DNA of 64,000 nt from Actinomycetota bacterium (GCA_900299235.1 OMIZ01000160.1:79-64078); one strand, 5' to 3'. Numbered from the stretch's first letter, positions 37,461 to 46,189 are shown. Notes: generated by a model from the letters alone, not told the origin. Numbers and translations: made by a program.

Positions 37461-38629
37461 GTGAGCCGTGCGTCTACGTCGTGCATGCGATCGATACGGA
37501 GGGGCCTCTTGGCGGCGATGCCCGACGCAATCCGGACGGCTCGGCGGAGTTCTTCGACAACTGGGACGACATCCTCGTCTCTCTCGCTGAGCTGACGTTG
37601 CCTGCGTGGCGCGCGACGCACTGCGACAGCTTCGGCGATCTATACCGATTCAACTGGTTCATCATGGATTTCACCGGCTTCAGGACGAACCCGAAATGTC
37701 GTGTAGCCGAGTATCACGACACGTGGGACAGGATCCACTCGCTGCCGGTTGAGCTCGACGGACGGTATTGGCATTACCACGTGCCCCCTGCAAACGGTGC
37801 TGGCGACCAATGGTCGGAGTCGTGGCTCACGAGCAACGAGTGCAACGCGGTGCTCACTCGGAGGCTGCTTGAGCGTGGTGCGTTCCCACCCGCGTTTCGC
37901 GCCGGTGGAACGATCGAGGATGACGCTGCGTCACGATGGCTTGAGGAGACGATCCCGATCGACTACTCCAACCGTGTCTCGCACCGTTCAGTCCCCACGG
38001 ACGACCTCTATCGCTTCAACTGGTTCGGTGCGCCTGACGCGTGGGGTGCCTACCACCCGTCACGGATCAACTTCCTCAAACCGGGTGGGATGCGCCGAGT
38101 GGTCTATCGCTGCATCGACTACCGATCGCGCTACAACGACATGACGGAGGAGATCGCGACGGGGTGTTTCCTCGCCGTGAAGGCCGACGGGCGTCCGCGC
38201 GTTCTCTCGTTTTTCAGTCATGACACCCGTGACATGCGGCCCGAAACCTACGACGCTGTTGCCCTCTTGCGGACGGTCTCCGAAGCGACGGGCGTCCCCT
38301 GGCGTTCTGCGACGGCGGTGGGCGCACACCAGGCGGTGTCGGGAACGATCGCGAAACCGCTTACGGTCTCGCTAGAGCAGCATCCTGCCGGCGTGCGTAT
38401 CGAGACGCACGGCGACGTGTTCCAGCGCGTTCCTTTCGTCGGGGCAGAACTCCGCGACGGGAGGTTCGTTCGGCTGTTCCCGCGGCCGATCGCCTCGGGA
38501 CGATGGGAGCTTGCGGCCTTTGGTGACGAGATCGTCGCACTTGGTGTCGCGGTGTCGAACGTCGCCGGAGAGGTTGCGCTCCAGCGCGTCCGCTTCGTCG
38601 ATGGACTGATGACGCTGGTGGAGGCATGA
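37457..38629 (+). CDS. Uncharacterised 390-aa protein (possibly glycoside-hydrolase/deacetylase beta/alpha-barrel-like; very tentative)
   Basis: ATGA coupling is seen at both ends. The N-terminus is VYVVHAIDTEGPLGG. The octapeptide DLYRFNWF occurs twice (37637-37660 and 38003-38026). There are no TM segments. Confidence 0.6.
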   Translation: MSEPCVYVVHAIDTEGPLGGDARRNPDGSAEFFDNWDDILVSLAELTLPAWRATHCDSFGDLYRFNWFIMDFTGFRTNPKCRVAEYHDTWDRIHSLPVELDGRYWHYHVPPANGAGDQWSESWLTSNECNAVLTRRLLERGAFPPAFRAGGTIEDDAASRWLEETIPIDYSNRVSHRSVPTDDLYRFNWFGAPDAWGAYHPSRINFLKPGGMRRVVYRCIDYRSRYNDMTEEIATGCFLAVKADGRPRVLSFFSHDTRDMRPETYDAVALLRTVSEATGVPWRSATAVGAHQAVSGTIAKPLTVSLEQHPAGVRIETHGDVFQRVPFVGAELRDGRFVRLFPRPIASGRWELAAFGDEIVALGVAVSNVAGEVALQRVRFVDGLMTLVEA

Positions 38630-39102
38630 GCGGTAGCGAGTACGAAGCCCGGTTTTTCGAGCGGCGCGTCCACGATGAGGAGAAGGGGATCTCCTTCTCG
38701 CTGCCGGAGGGTGAGGCTTGGGCTGACCTCGTTGTCTTGCGGGGCTCGTTGCAGCACCTCAATCGCCCGATCGAGACGCTGACCGCGGCGGCATCGTGGC
38801 TTCGTACTGGTGGCTGGCTCGTGGCTCTCGCCACGCCCAATGCGGGAGGGCCGGTGTATCGGCTCTTCCAGGACCTGCCCACCCTCGACCCGCCACGCAA
38901 TTGGGTTGTCTTCTCGGACCGGGTGCTCGCGCAGATCCTGACCAATCTTGGCTTCGCCGACGTGTCGTTTCACTATCCGTATCGCGAATCGCCGTATGCT
39001 CATCCTGTGCGCGACCACCTGCGGTTTGTATTGCGATTACTTGGGATCAAGCGTCCCTTTGCGTTCTGGCGAAACATGATGGAGTGCTATGCGCGGCGTT
39101 GA
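38626..39102 (+). CDS. Methyltransferase-like protein lacking SAM-binding motif I (truncated or degenerate class I MTase)
   Basis: ADLVVLRGSLQHLNRPIETLTAAASWLRTGGWLVALATPNAGGPVYRLF resembles MTase motifs II-IV. Only 32 residues precede it, and none form GxGxG. Confidence 0.5.
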   Translation: MSGSEYEARFFERRVHDEEKGISFSLPEGEAWADLVVLRGSLQHLNRPIETLTAAASWLRTGGWLVALATPNAGGPVYRLFQDLPTLDPPRNWVVFSDRVLAQILTNLGFADVSFHYPYRESPYAHPVRDHLRFVLRLLGIKRPFAFWRNMMECYARR

Positions 39103-39973
39103 TCGTCTGCTCTTCGAAAGCGCTCGCCTGCGTCGGCGGGTTGTGTTGTTCCGTGACGGCGTGCGTCGCCGTCGTCAGGAGAGCGCTCCGTGGAGGCAGG
39201 CACAGTTCGCGATCGCCGACTACGAGGTGCGAGCGGTGGACGAGCTTCGCGAACGGCGTCGCTCGGACACCGTCTACGTCTTCGGCTCGGGGGCGTCGCT
39301 CAACGCCATCACCCCACGTGAGTGGTTGGCGATCGAGGAGCACGATACGTTCGGTTTCAACTGGTTTGTGCGGCAGGACTTTGTTCGCTGCGACTTTCAT
39401 CTCATTCGTGGAGTTTCCGACAGCACGCTCCTAAGCTCGGGCTTCGACGAAGATCTCACTTTGTACTTTTCAACGCTCGCCGCGAATCCCCGGTTCTCGG
39501 ATACGACGTTGCTCGTGCAGCACGAACAACGCGCGGTTGCGGCGAACGTCGCATTTGCGCGTGGTCTGATGCCAAAGCGACGCATCGTGCCGTTCACGAC
39601 GTTTATTGGCGATCAGCCGAGTCGGCGCTTCGAAGCTGGGTTGACGCACGCGTCATCGACGCTCCACGACACGATTAACGCCGCGTGGCTACTTGGGTGG
39701 AAGCAGATTGTTCTGGTCGGTGTCGACCTCTACGACCGGCGGTACTTCTGGCTTGGAGACGACGATGTGCGTGGCCTGGATCGCGAGCGCGGGGCCGTGA
39801 GTTCTGACGCCCACAGCCAGGTCAACATGGGGTTCATCGGCCGGATCGGTGACTGGTCAGCGATCCTCGCCGCGGAGGGGTGCACGTTGGAAGTGCTCAA
39901 TTCGCGCTCGCTGCTCGCCGAGGTACTCCCGCTCCATCCCCTGCAAGCCCCGCCAGAATCGGGCCATTCATGA
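39089..39973 (+). CDS. Cst-II/GT42-like (sialyltransferase-like) candidate nonulosonic-acid transferase
   Basis: VYVFGSGASLNAI..HDTFGFNWF compares with Cst-II IIAGNGPSLKEI..FDVFRCNQF. LGWKQIVLVGVDLYD compares with LGYKEIYLSGIDFYQ. SDAHS..LEVLNSRSLLAEVLPL compares with GHS..LYCLCPNSLLANFIELAP. The Cst-II sequence is recalled from memory. Confidence 0.55.
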   Translation: MRGVDRLLFESARLRRRVVLFRDGVRRRRQESAPWRQAQFAIADYEVRAVDELRERRRSDTVYVFGSGASLNAITPREWLAIEEHDTFGFNWFVRQDFVRCDFHLIRGVSDSTLLSSGFDEDLTLYFSTLAANPRFSDTTLLVQHEQRAVAANVAFARGLMPKRRIVPFTTFIGDQPSRRFEAGLTHASSTLHDTINAAWLLGWKQIVLVGVDLYDRRYFWLGDDDVRGLDRERGAVSSDAHSQVNMGFIGRIGDWSAILAAEGCTLEVLNSRSLLAEVLPLHPLQAPPESGHS

Positions 39974-41013
39974 GTTCACTTCGCGTGCTCAGGCGCCGAG
40001 TCGCGCTCGCTCTCATGTTTCGGGTATCACGGATCCGACGGTCACGGAGTGTGAGGTTGCTACGTCACACGATGCTTCGACTCCGCAGTTCCTTTCAGGA
40101 CTTTGACGTCGCCGTTTTTCACGACTTCGTTCCACCCCCGTCGGGTGGGGGCCACCAGTTCCTTCGCACGCTGATCGGCGAGTTCGAACGCCGCGGACTC
40201 AAGGTTGAGATCAACACGATCTCAAGGTCGACCGTGGCCTGCCTCTTCAACTCGTTCAACTACGACGCTGAGCGACTCCAGGCGCTCCGAAGGCCGACCT
40301 GCCGTCTCGTCCACCGTGTCGATGGGCCTGTGGGGATCTACCGGGGGCACGACGATGGTACGGATGCGGCAATTGAAGCAGCTAACGCGGCGTTTGCCGA
40401 CGCCACGGTGTTCCAATCGGAATACAGCGCCGCCGCCCACCGCGATCTTGGCCTGACCTTCCAGTACCCGACGATCATTCACAACGCATCGGACCCTCAG
40501 CTGTTCTTCCCGGCCGAAGGCATCGGGACGCGCATGTCGCCCGCAGGGAGACTCCGCTTGATCGCGAGCGCGTGGTCAGACAATCCCAACAAGGGTCTTG
40601 AGACGTTCCGTTGGCTCGATGCCAATCTCGATTGGGAGCGTTTCGAGATGACGTTTGTTGGACGTGTACAGGAGGTGTTCGTGAACATCGAGATGGCGCC
40701 ACCCGTCGATCAGCATGAGCTCGCTGCCCTGCTGCGATCTCATCACGTGTACGTATGTGCGAGCAGGCACGAGCCATGTTCGAATGCGTTGATCGAGGCG
40801 CTGTCGTGTGGACTCCCTGCGCTCTATCTCGAAAGCGGAAGCAACGGCGAACTTGTTGGTCGGGGGGGCCTTGGCTTTGCGACACCAGAGGACATCCCGG
40901 GCGCCTTGGAGCAGCTCTCCCAGCAGTACGATCGCTTTCGAGGCGCGGTGGCCCCGCCGACGATCGGCGATGTGGCCGACCGGTACCTCGAGGTGCTTGG
41001 GATTACGCCTTGA
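39970..41013 (+). CDS. GT-B-fold glycosyltransferase (paralogue of 33917..34900)
   Basis: There is an ATGA overlap at 39970. PPSGGGHQFLRTLIGEFERRGLKV and EPCSNALIEALSCGLPALYLESGSNGELV are present. Confidence 0.65.
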   Translation: MSSLRVLRRRVALALMFRVSRIRRSRSVRLLRHTMLRLRSSFQDFDVAVFHDFVPPPSGGGHQFLRTLIGEFERRGLKVEINTISRSTVACLFNSFNYDAERLQALRRPTCRLVHRVDGPVGIYRGHDDGTDAAIEAANAAFADATVFQSEYSAAAHRDLGLTFQYPTIIHNASDPQLFFPAEGIGTRMSPAGRLRLIASAWSDNPNKGLETFRWLDANLDWERFEMTFVGRVQEVFVNIEMAPPVDQHELAALLRSHHVYVCASRHEPCSNALIEALSCGLPALYLESGSNGELVGRGGLGFATPEDIPGALEQLSQQYDRFRGAVAPPTIGDVADRYLEVLGITP

Positions 41014-42140
41014 GTGCGCCGGGTGGGGATATTGCGACCGTCCGTGCAATCGATCGAGCGCGATCGATTGCACGACGTGTTGAGGCAGCTGGGTTCAGGG
41101 TACGAGCAACGCGCTTTCGCCCTTACACGCGTCTGTTGCCGGTGGGTGACTGGGCATCGTGGGTCATCGACGAGGAGATGGCAAGCGTTCGTCGTGTTGC
41201 CCGCGGACTCGGGATTCGGGTGGAGGAGCGAAGGCGGCTGAACCTGCTCGATGCACAGAGCGTCTTCTTTGGAAGCCAGTTTGATCTCTTAGGGAGAGCG
41301 ACCGACCTTCGCTCCCATCGCGTCGCGACGGCGTACTTTCATGGGAAGCCGGGAACCGGCTATCCCGACTTCGACACGATCTACGAACGACTCAGGCAGA
41401 CGCACGAGCGTCTGTCACGCATTCAAGTCTCGCACCGCGAGATGCGCGAGATCGTCCTCGAATCGGGCATCGCGCCCGATAAGGTTCATCTCATCCCCAT
41501 TGGGATTGAACTCGCGCTCTTCGCTTTGCGAACGCAGGCATCGTGCGCCGAGGCTCGGCGCACGCTCGGCCTGCCGCTCTCTGTCCCTGTAATTGGCTCG
41601 TTCCAGAAGGACGGCGTCGGCTGGGGTGAGGGTCTTGAGCCGAAGGCCATTAAAGGCCCAGATGTGTTTGTGGACGTTGCGGCTCGCCTCGTACAGTCCT
41701 TTCCTGACCTGCATGTCTTGCTGTCCGGGCCGGCTCGCGGCTACGTGAAGACTCGCCTCTCCGAACGTGGGATTCCCTACGTTCACGTTCATCCTAAGTC
41801 GTATCGGGGTATGGGGCAGCTCTACCAGGCGCTAGACGCTTACTTGATCAGCTCGAGGCAGGAAGGCGGGCCTAAGGCTGTGCTTGAGTCGCTCGCTGTC
41901 GGCGTGCCTCTTGTGTCGACGCGGGTGGGCCAGGCGAACGACCTTATCGAGCACGGGGTCAACGGGTATCTCGTCGATATCGACGACGTGGACGGCCTCG
42001 CCCACTATGCGACGCTCGCGCTTGACACGCCGAACTCGTTTGAGGCGTCGGGTCGAGCGACGGCCGAAGCGCACTCCTATGCAAGGCAGGCCCCTCTTTG
42101 GGAACGGTTCTTCGACGGCTTCGTCGAGTGGAATTTCTAG
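41010..42140 (+). CDS. Glycosyltransferase, GT4 family
   Basis: The TTG at 41010 overlaps the upstream TGA (TTGA). The C-terminal motif is SSRQEGGPKAVLESLAVGVPLVSTRVGQANDLIEHGVNGYLV. Confidence 0.75.
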   Translation: MSAPGGDIATVRAIDRARSIARRVEAAGFRVRATRFRPYTRLLPVGDWASWVIDEEMASVRRVARGLGIRVEERRRLNLLDAQSVFFGSQFDLLGRATDLRSHRVATAYFHGKPGTGYPDFDTIYERLRQTHERLSRIQVSHREMREIVLESGIAPDKVHLIPIGIELALFALRTQASCAEARRTLGLPLSVPVIGSFQKDGVGWGEGLEPKAIKGPDVFVDVAARLVQSFPDLHVLLSGPARGYVKTRLSERGIPYVHVHPKSYRGMGQLYQALDAYLISSRQEGGPKAVLESLAVGVPLVSTRVGQANDLIEHGVNGYLVDIDDVDGLAHYATLALDTPNSFEASGRATAEAHSYARQAPLWERFFDGFVEWNF

Positions 42141-42160
42141 CCTTTGGCAGGTTGGCGTAG

Positions 42161-43249
42161 CTAAGACGTTTGTCGCGCGACCTTCTCAATCTCGGCCAGC
42201 AACGGTGTGATCAACGCGTTGTAAGTGCACCGGGCGGAGGCGACCTCGAAGGCCGCCTCAGCCAGCCGCTCACAACGGTCGAGATCGGCGAGTTGCGTGA
42301 GCACGTCGTCAAGATTTTCGAAGTCGCGCTGCAACGAGATGTAGTGCTCGCCGGGTTGAAAAAGCCCGCCATACGCACCCTCGAGCAACACCAGCGGCGT
42401 CTTCGTTGCGGCCGCCTCGATAACGCGGCCACTGATCGTCCTTCCGGATACCGGGCTCGGATACTCCAGGAAGAAGCGCTCCGCAACATCGTCAAACGTC
42501 GCGTTGGGATGCTCGTCGAGGTACGCGTTCACGCCAAGGCGTGTGTGGTCGTCGAGTTCGAAGAAGTCTGTTCCTGCTTCACACCCGAGCTGCACCTTGC
42601 AGCTTTGAAGAAAGGTGGCCCAGCCGGTCTCATCGAATCGGTCATTCGGATCAATCGACACGTCGACGCGCAAGCCAGCCATGCGCGTGCGAGTAAACGT
42701 CTCCGCAAGCACCGCTCGGTCGCGATAGCCGACATACCACGGCGTATCGAACGCGCGGTACCCGATGTCGATCGGGCGGTCAGCCAGGGGTGGGCCGGGT
42801 GCGAACACAGACGGGTCAAAGCCGGTGTTGGGAATCGCGACGACGTTGCAGCCGAGTCGCTCTCGGTAGAGGTCAAGCACCGGCTCAGCAAGGATCTGTG
42901 AGACCAGGACGTTGATCCCAAACTCTTCACCAAACGCCATCTTCTCGGGCATCAACTTGTACTCGTTTCCGATGAACCAGGCCTTCGGCTTCGTTGTTCG
43001 CTTGATCAACGCAGCGAGGTCACCCCGCAGGAGGTTCCCCTGCGAAAAGACCGAGTGCAACATCACGATCGCATCGCACTGGCGCAGGATCCAGCGGTTC
43101 CTCAACCGTCGGTCTGGGTCGAGTGTGTTCACGAACGTGCACGTCAATCGCGGATCGGCCGCGAGTCCGCGGGGCCAACCGTGGAGATACGAGAGCGTCG
43201 CGAAGCTCTTATCGACTGCGAGCAGTACCGCGACGCGAAGTTGGCTCAT
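42161..43249 (-). CDS. Glycosyltransferase-like protein (CgeB/Glyco_trans_1_2-like C-terminus)
   Basis: The C-terminal block SGRVIEAAATKTPLVLLEGAYGGLFQPGEHYISL is typical of CgeB-type GT-B proteins. The N-terminal half is unassigned. Confidence 0.55.
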   Translation of the reverse strand: MSQLRVAVLLAVDKSFATLSYLHGWPRGLAADPRLTCTFVNTLDPDRRLRNRWILRQCDAIVMLHSVFSQGNLLRGDLAALIKRTTKPKAWFIGNEYKLMPEKMAFGEEFGINVLVSQILAEPVLDLYRERLGCNVVAIPNTGFDPSVFAPGPPLADRPIDIGYRAFDTPWYVGYRDRAVLAETFTRTRMAGLRVDVSIDPNDRFDETGWATFLQSCKVQLGCEAGTDFFELDDHTRLGVNAYLDEHPNATFDDVAERFFLEYPSPVSGRTISGRVIEAAATKTPLVLLEGAYGGLFQPGEHYISLQRDFENLDDVLTQLADLDRCERLAEAAFEVASARCTYNALITPLLAEIEKVARQTS

Positions 43250-43268
43250 CGGTCGGAGTCGGCGCTGC

Positions 43269-44177
43269 TCACTGCAGCCCGTGCGTCACGCGTTCAATCA
43301 TCAGCGAGCACACGCGATCGATGCCCTCGTCGAGCGAGACCGTCGGCACCACACCCAGCAGGTCACGTTGCCGATCAAGGGACGGGCGCTTGACGAGAGT
43401 CATACGTGAAGGCAGGTCGCTAAACGTCAGCAGATCAGGGTCGGCTTCGAGTCGAATGCAGATTCGCTCCGCAAGCTCTTCGATCGGAACGATGTCAGGG
43501 TGGCCGATGTTGATCACTGCGTACTCGGCTACCTCGGACGCCGCTTCGATTGCGCGAATGGCGTCGGAGACGTGCAGCCAACCTCTCGCGCTTCCTCGAT
43601 GCACGTCGATCGGTCTCCCAACCGCGAGGTTGCTCGCAAAGCGGATCATCGCGGAGCGGTGATCGCCGAGATCCTCGTTCTCGTCGTACATCATGAACGG
43701 GCGCAATGTCACGGCACGTAGTCCGTGAGTGCGAACCTCGTACTCGACGAGCTGTTCGCCGAGGAGCTTCGTCAGTCCGTAGCGGTTGTTTGGCTTCGGA
43801 ACCGTCGTCGCCTCGTCCATCACTTCCACATCAGGGCCGTAGACCTCAGATGTTGAGAAGAACACGGTCATTGCGTTGACGCGCTTACAGAGCTGAAGGA
43901 CGTTGTTGATGCCGCCGAGGTTTGTCGACACGGCAAGCCCACTCGCCTGCTCACATGTCACGCGGCTGACCATCGCTGACAACACGAAGACGACATCCGG
44001 GCCCCAGTCGAACGCCGGCAGGAGATCGACGGGATGGTTGATGTCCGCCATCACGTAGTCATGGCGAAACGCGGGGCGGATATCCGATTCGAGAACGTCC
44101 CAGCCGAGGCTGCGAAGATGGAGCACGAGCGGGGCCCCGATGTTGCCCTCTGAGCCGATGACGAGTGCCTTGCCCAC
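43269..44177 (-). CDS. NAD-dependent sugar-nucleotide epimerase/dehydratase (extended SDR)
   Basis: ALVIGSEGNIGAPL is the GxxGxxG motif. FSTSEVYG and YGLTK provide the catalytic S...YxxxK set. Confidence 0.8.
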   Translation of the reverse strand: MGKALVIGSEGNIGAPLVLHLRSLGWDVLESDIRPAFRHDYVMADINHPVDLLPAFDWGPDVVFVLSAMVSRVTCEQASGLAVSTNLGGINNVLQLCKRVNAMTVFFSTSEVYGPDVEVMDEATTVPKPNNRYGLTKLLGEQLVEYEVRTHGLRAVTLRPFMMYDENEDLGDHRSAMIRFASNLAVGRPIDVHRGSARGWLHVSDAIRAIEAASEVAEYAVINIGHPDIVPIEELAERICIRLEADPDLLTFSDLPSRMTLVKRPSLDRQRDLLGVVPTVSLDEGIDRVCSLMIERVTHGLQ

Positions 44178-44201
44178 GGCGCAACGATACGTTACTTCGC
44201 C

Positions 44202-44906
44202 TTAGGATCGTTGTTCCGTCGCTTGTCGCTCCGCATATGCGCGAATAGCGTCTGTTAGGCGGTCAGCGAAGAGTCGATGTCCGTGACGTTGGAAGTGCAC
44301 GGTCCCAGGCTGCCAGATGCCGTCAAGGTCGTCAGCCGCTCCGAGCAACGCGACGCTAGGGTGCGCACGAAGGGCGCGGTTGTACAACTCGACGTCCGTG
44401 TTGATGAAGCGGAGATAGGTGTGCTCGTATGCCGAACCAAACGGTGGGATTTCGACAAAAAGCACCTTGCTTCCAGCGTTCTGGACGAGTAGCGAAAACG
44501 TTCGGAGCTGGGACTCAAAGCGCGGCAGCGGGACGACACGCGTGGTCAATCCCGCACGTGCTCGCCAAGTGACGACAGGGTTTCGCCGATCGTGGAGCCA
44601 TTTCGTAACTCGCCGCCCGCCCCGTAGCCGGTAGAAGAACGCCTTTTCGCGTTCACTGAGAATGCGTCGAGTGCATTCAACAATGCCGATCTGGGCGATT
44701 ACGAGGTCGGGTGAACAGGCGATGATGTCGTCAATCCGGCGTGCAAAGTCATCGATAGACCATCCCGAACGAGAGAACGGGATCACTTCATGCTCATCTG
44801 CGAGGTTCGCTCGGACGAGCTCCGGGTACTCCTCGCCTTCGACAAGCCAGCCAGCGCCTGAGCCGGCGGCTGTTCCCTGCGAGTTGGCGAGAAGAACGAT
44901 TCGCAC
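44202..44906 (-). CDS. SGNH/GDSL-like hydrolase (possible glycan esterase/acyl-modifying enzyme), degenerate block I
   Basis: GTG 44906 lies 5 nt after the wzt stop; the listed 45176 start lies inside wzt. Block I is IVLLANSQG (ANS in place of GDS). A DxxH-like block (PGTVHFQRHGH) lies near the C-terminus. Confidence 0.5.
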   Translation of the reverse strand: MRIVLLANSQGTAAGSGAGWLVEGEEYPELVRANLADEHEVIPFSRSGWSIDDFARRIDDIIACSPDLVIAQIGIVECTRRILSEREKAFFYRLRGGRRVTKWLHDRRNPVVTWRARAGLTTRVVPLPRFESQLRTFSLLVQNAGSKVLFVEIPPFGSAYEHTYLRFINTDVELYNRALRAHPSVALLGAADDLDGIWQPGTVHFQRHGHRLFADRLTDAIRAYAERQATEQRS

Positions 44907-44911
44907 GTCGG

Positions 44912-46189
44912 TCAGCTCGACGAGAGATCCCAGGCGAGCAGCGGTCGTACCGGTGCAGTCCACGTCCCAACGTAGTCGCCGCGTGAGGTGGTGCCATCGC
45001 CTGCATCGAGAACCTGGAACGTGATCGCTTCGAGCGCGCGCGCCACGACGTCGGCGCGTCCACCCGACACAAACGTGTTGAGCGACGCCGTAACGAGGAC
45101 AGTGCCTTCGTTCATGAGATTGCCGGGAATCCACGCGGTGCTCGTGTAGGTTCCCGGTGCCCGCGGTTGACGCCAATCCGGATCGGTATCGAACGCGCTG
45201 AAGATCGGACCGCCAAGGTCGCTCTCAAGCTGAATCCACGGGACGAACTTGAGGGGTTCAAGAACGTCGTACGTCATCTCGATCCCGATCGGGCGACGAA
45301 TGTCAAATGCATCCTGGGTGACGTGGTCAGCGTCGACTGCCCGTATCGCGCGTAGTCGGGCGAAAGCGCTTCCTGGCGCTGTTGCTTCGTCCCAGGTCAC
45401 GGAGCTACCGATCCCATGCCCCGACTGGAGATAGGTGGCAACGACGTCGTTTACCGGGCCGTCCGCCGCAATAGCGCCTCCGTGAAGCAAGATTGCGCGC
45501 TTACAGAACCGGCTGATTGTCGGCATCGAGTGCGACACGAGAAGCACCGTCCGTCCCTCTTTGCCAATCGATTCCATCTTGCCTAGGCAGCGTCTCTGGA
45601 ACTCGGCGTCGCCGACTGCGAGTACCTCGTCGACGATCAATACTTCGGGCTCAAGGTGGGCGGCAACTGCGAACGCGAGCCGGACGTACATGCCGCTTGA
45701 GTACCGCTTCACCGGTGTGTCGAGGAACCGTTCGACTCCCGAGAACTCGACGATGTCGCCGAACTTGGCTCGCACCTCCGCGCGATGCATACCGAGGATC
45801 GCGCCGTTCAGGAAGATGTTCTCGCGGCCTGTCAGTTCGGGATGGAACCCAGCCCCGACCTCGAGCAGACTGCCGAGGCGCCCCTCGATCACCGCCCGGC
45901 CCGATGTGGGCTCCGTGATGCGGGAGAGGAGCTTGAGCAGGGTGCTTTTTCCCGCACCGTTCCGGCCAATGATTCCGACAACCTGTCCTTTCGGGACGTC
46001 GAAGCTCACGTCGCGAACGGCCCAGAGGGTCTCCGCCTTTGTTGGCTCTCGCATGCTCGCTGAGAGGTAGGCGAAGGGGTTCGTCACCGACCGCACAAGC
46101 GTCTGTCCGAGGCCGGACGAGCGGGCTGCGGGCGCACCGATGCGGTAGCGCTTTGACAGTGCTTGGACGCTGACGGCGAGGTCGCTCAT
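44912..46189 (-). CDS. wzt: Polysaccharide-export ABC transporter ATP-binding protein (Wzt/TagH type) with ~170-aa C-terminal extension
   Basis: Walker A is GRNGAGKST, the signature is YSSGMYVRLAFAVA, and Walker B is VLIVDEVLAVGD. The non-NBD tail is predicted beta-rich (SSVTWDE...FQVLDAG). Confidence 0.9.
   Translation of the reverse strand: MSDLAVSVQALSKRYRIGAPAARSSGLGQTLVRSVTNPFAYLSASMREPTKAETLWAVRDVSFDVPKGQVVGIIGRNGAGKSTLLKLLSRITEPTSGRAVIEGRLGSLLEVGAGFHPELTGRENIFLNGAILGMHRAEVRAKFGDIVEFSGVERFLDTPVKRYSSGMYVRLAFAVAAHLEPEVLIVDEVLAVGDAEFQRRCLGKMESIGKEGRTVLLVSHSMPTISRFCKRAILLHGGAIAADGPVNDVVATYLQSGHGIGSSVTWDEATAPGSAFARLRAIRAVDADHVTQDAFDIRRPIGIEMTYDVLEPLKFVPWIQLESDLGGPIFSAFDTDPDWRQPRAPGTYTSTAWIPGNLMNEGTVLVTASLNTFVSGGRADVVARALEAITFQVLDAGDGTTSRGDYVGTWTAPVRPLLAWDLSSS

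Noticed and set aside
42141-42160. Intrinsic terminators at convergent junctions (also 55912-55919 and 30311-30332)
   Set aside because: The gaps are 20 nt, 8 nt or negative and contain no GC-rich stem followed by a T-tract. No terminator can be supported.
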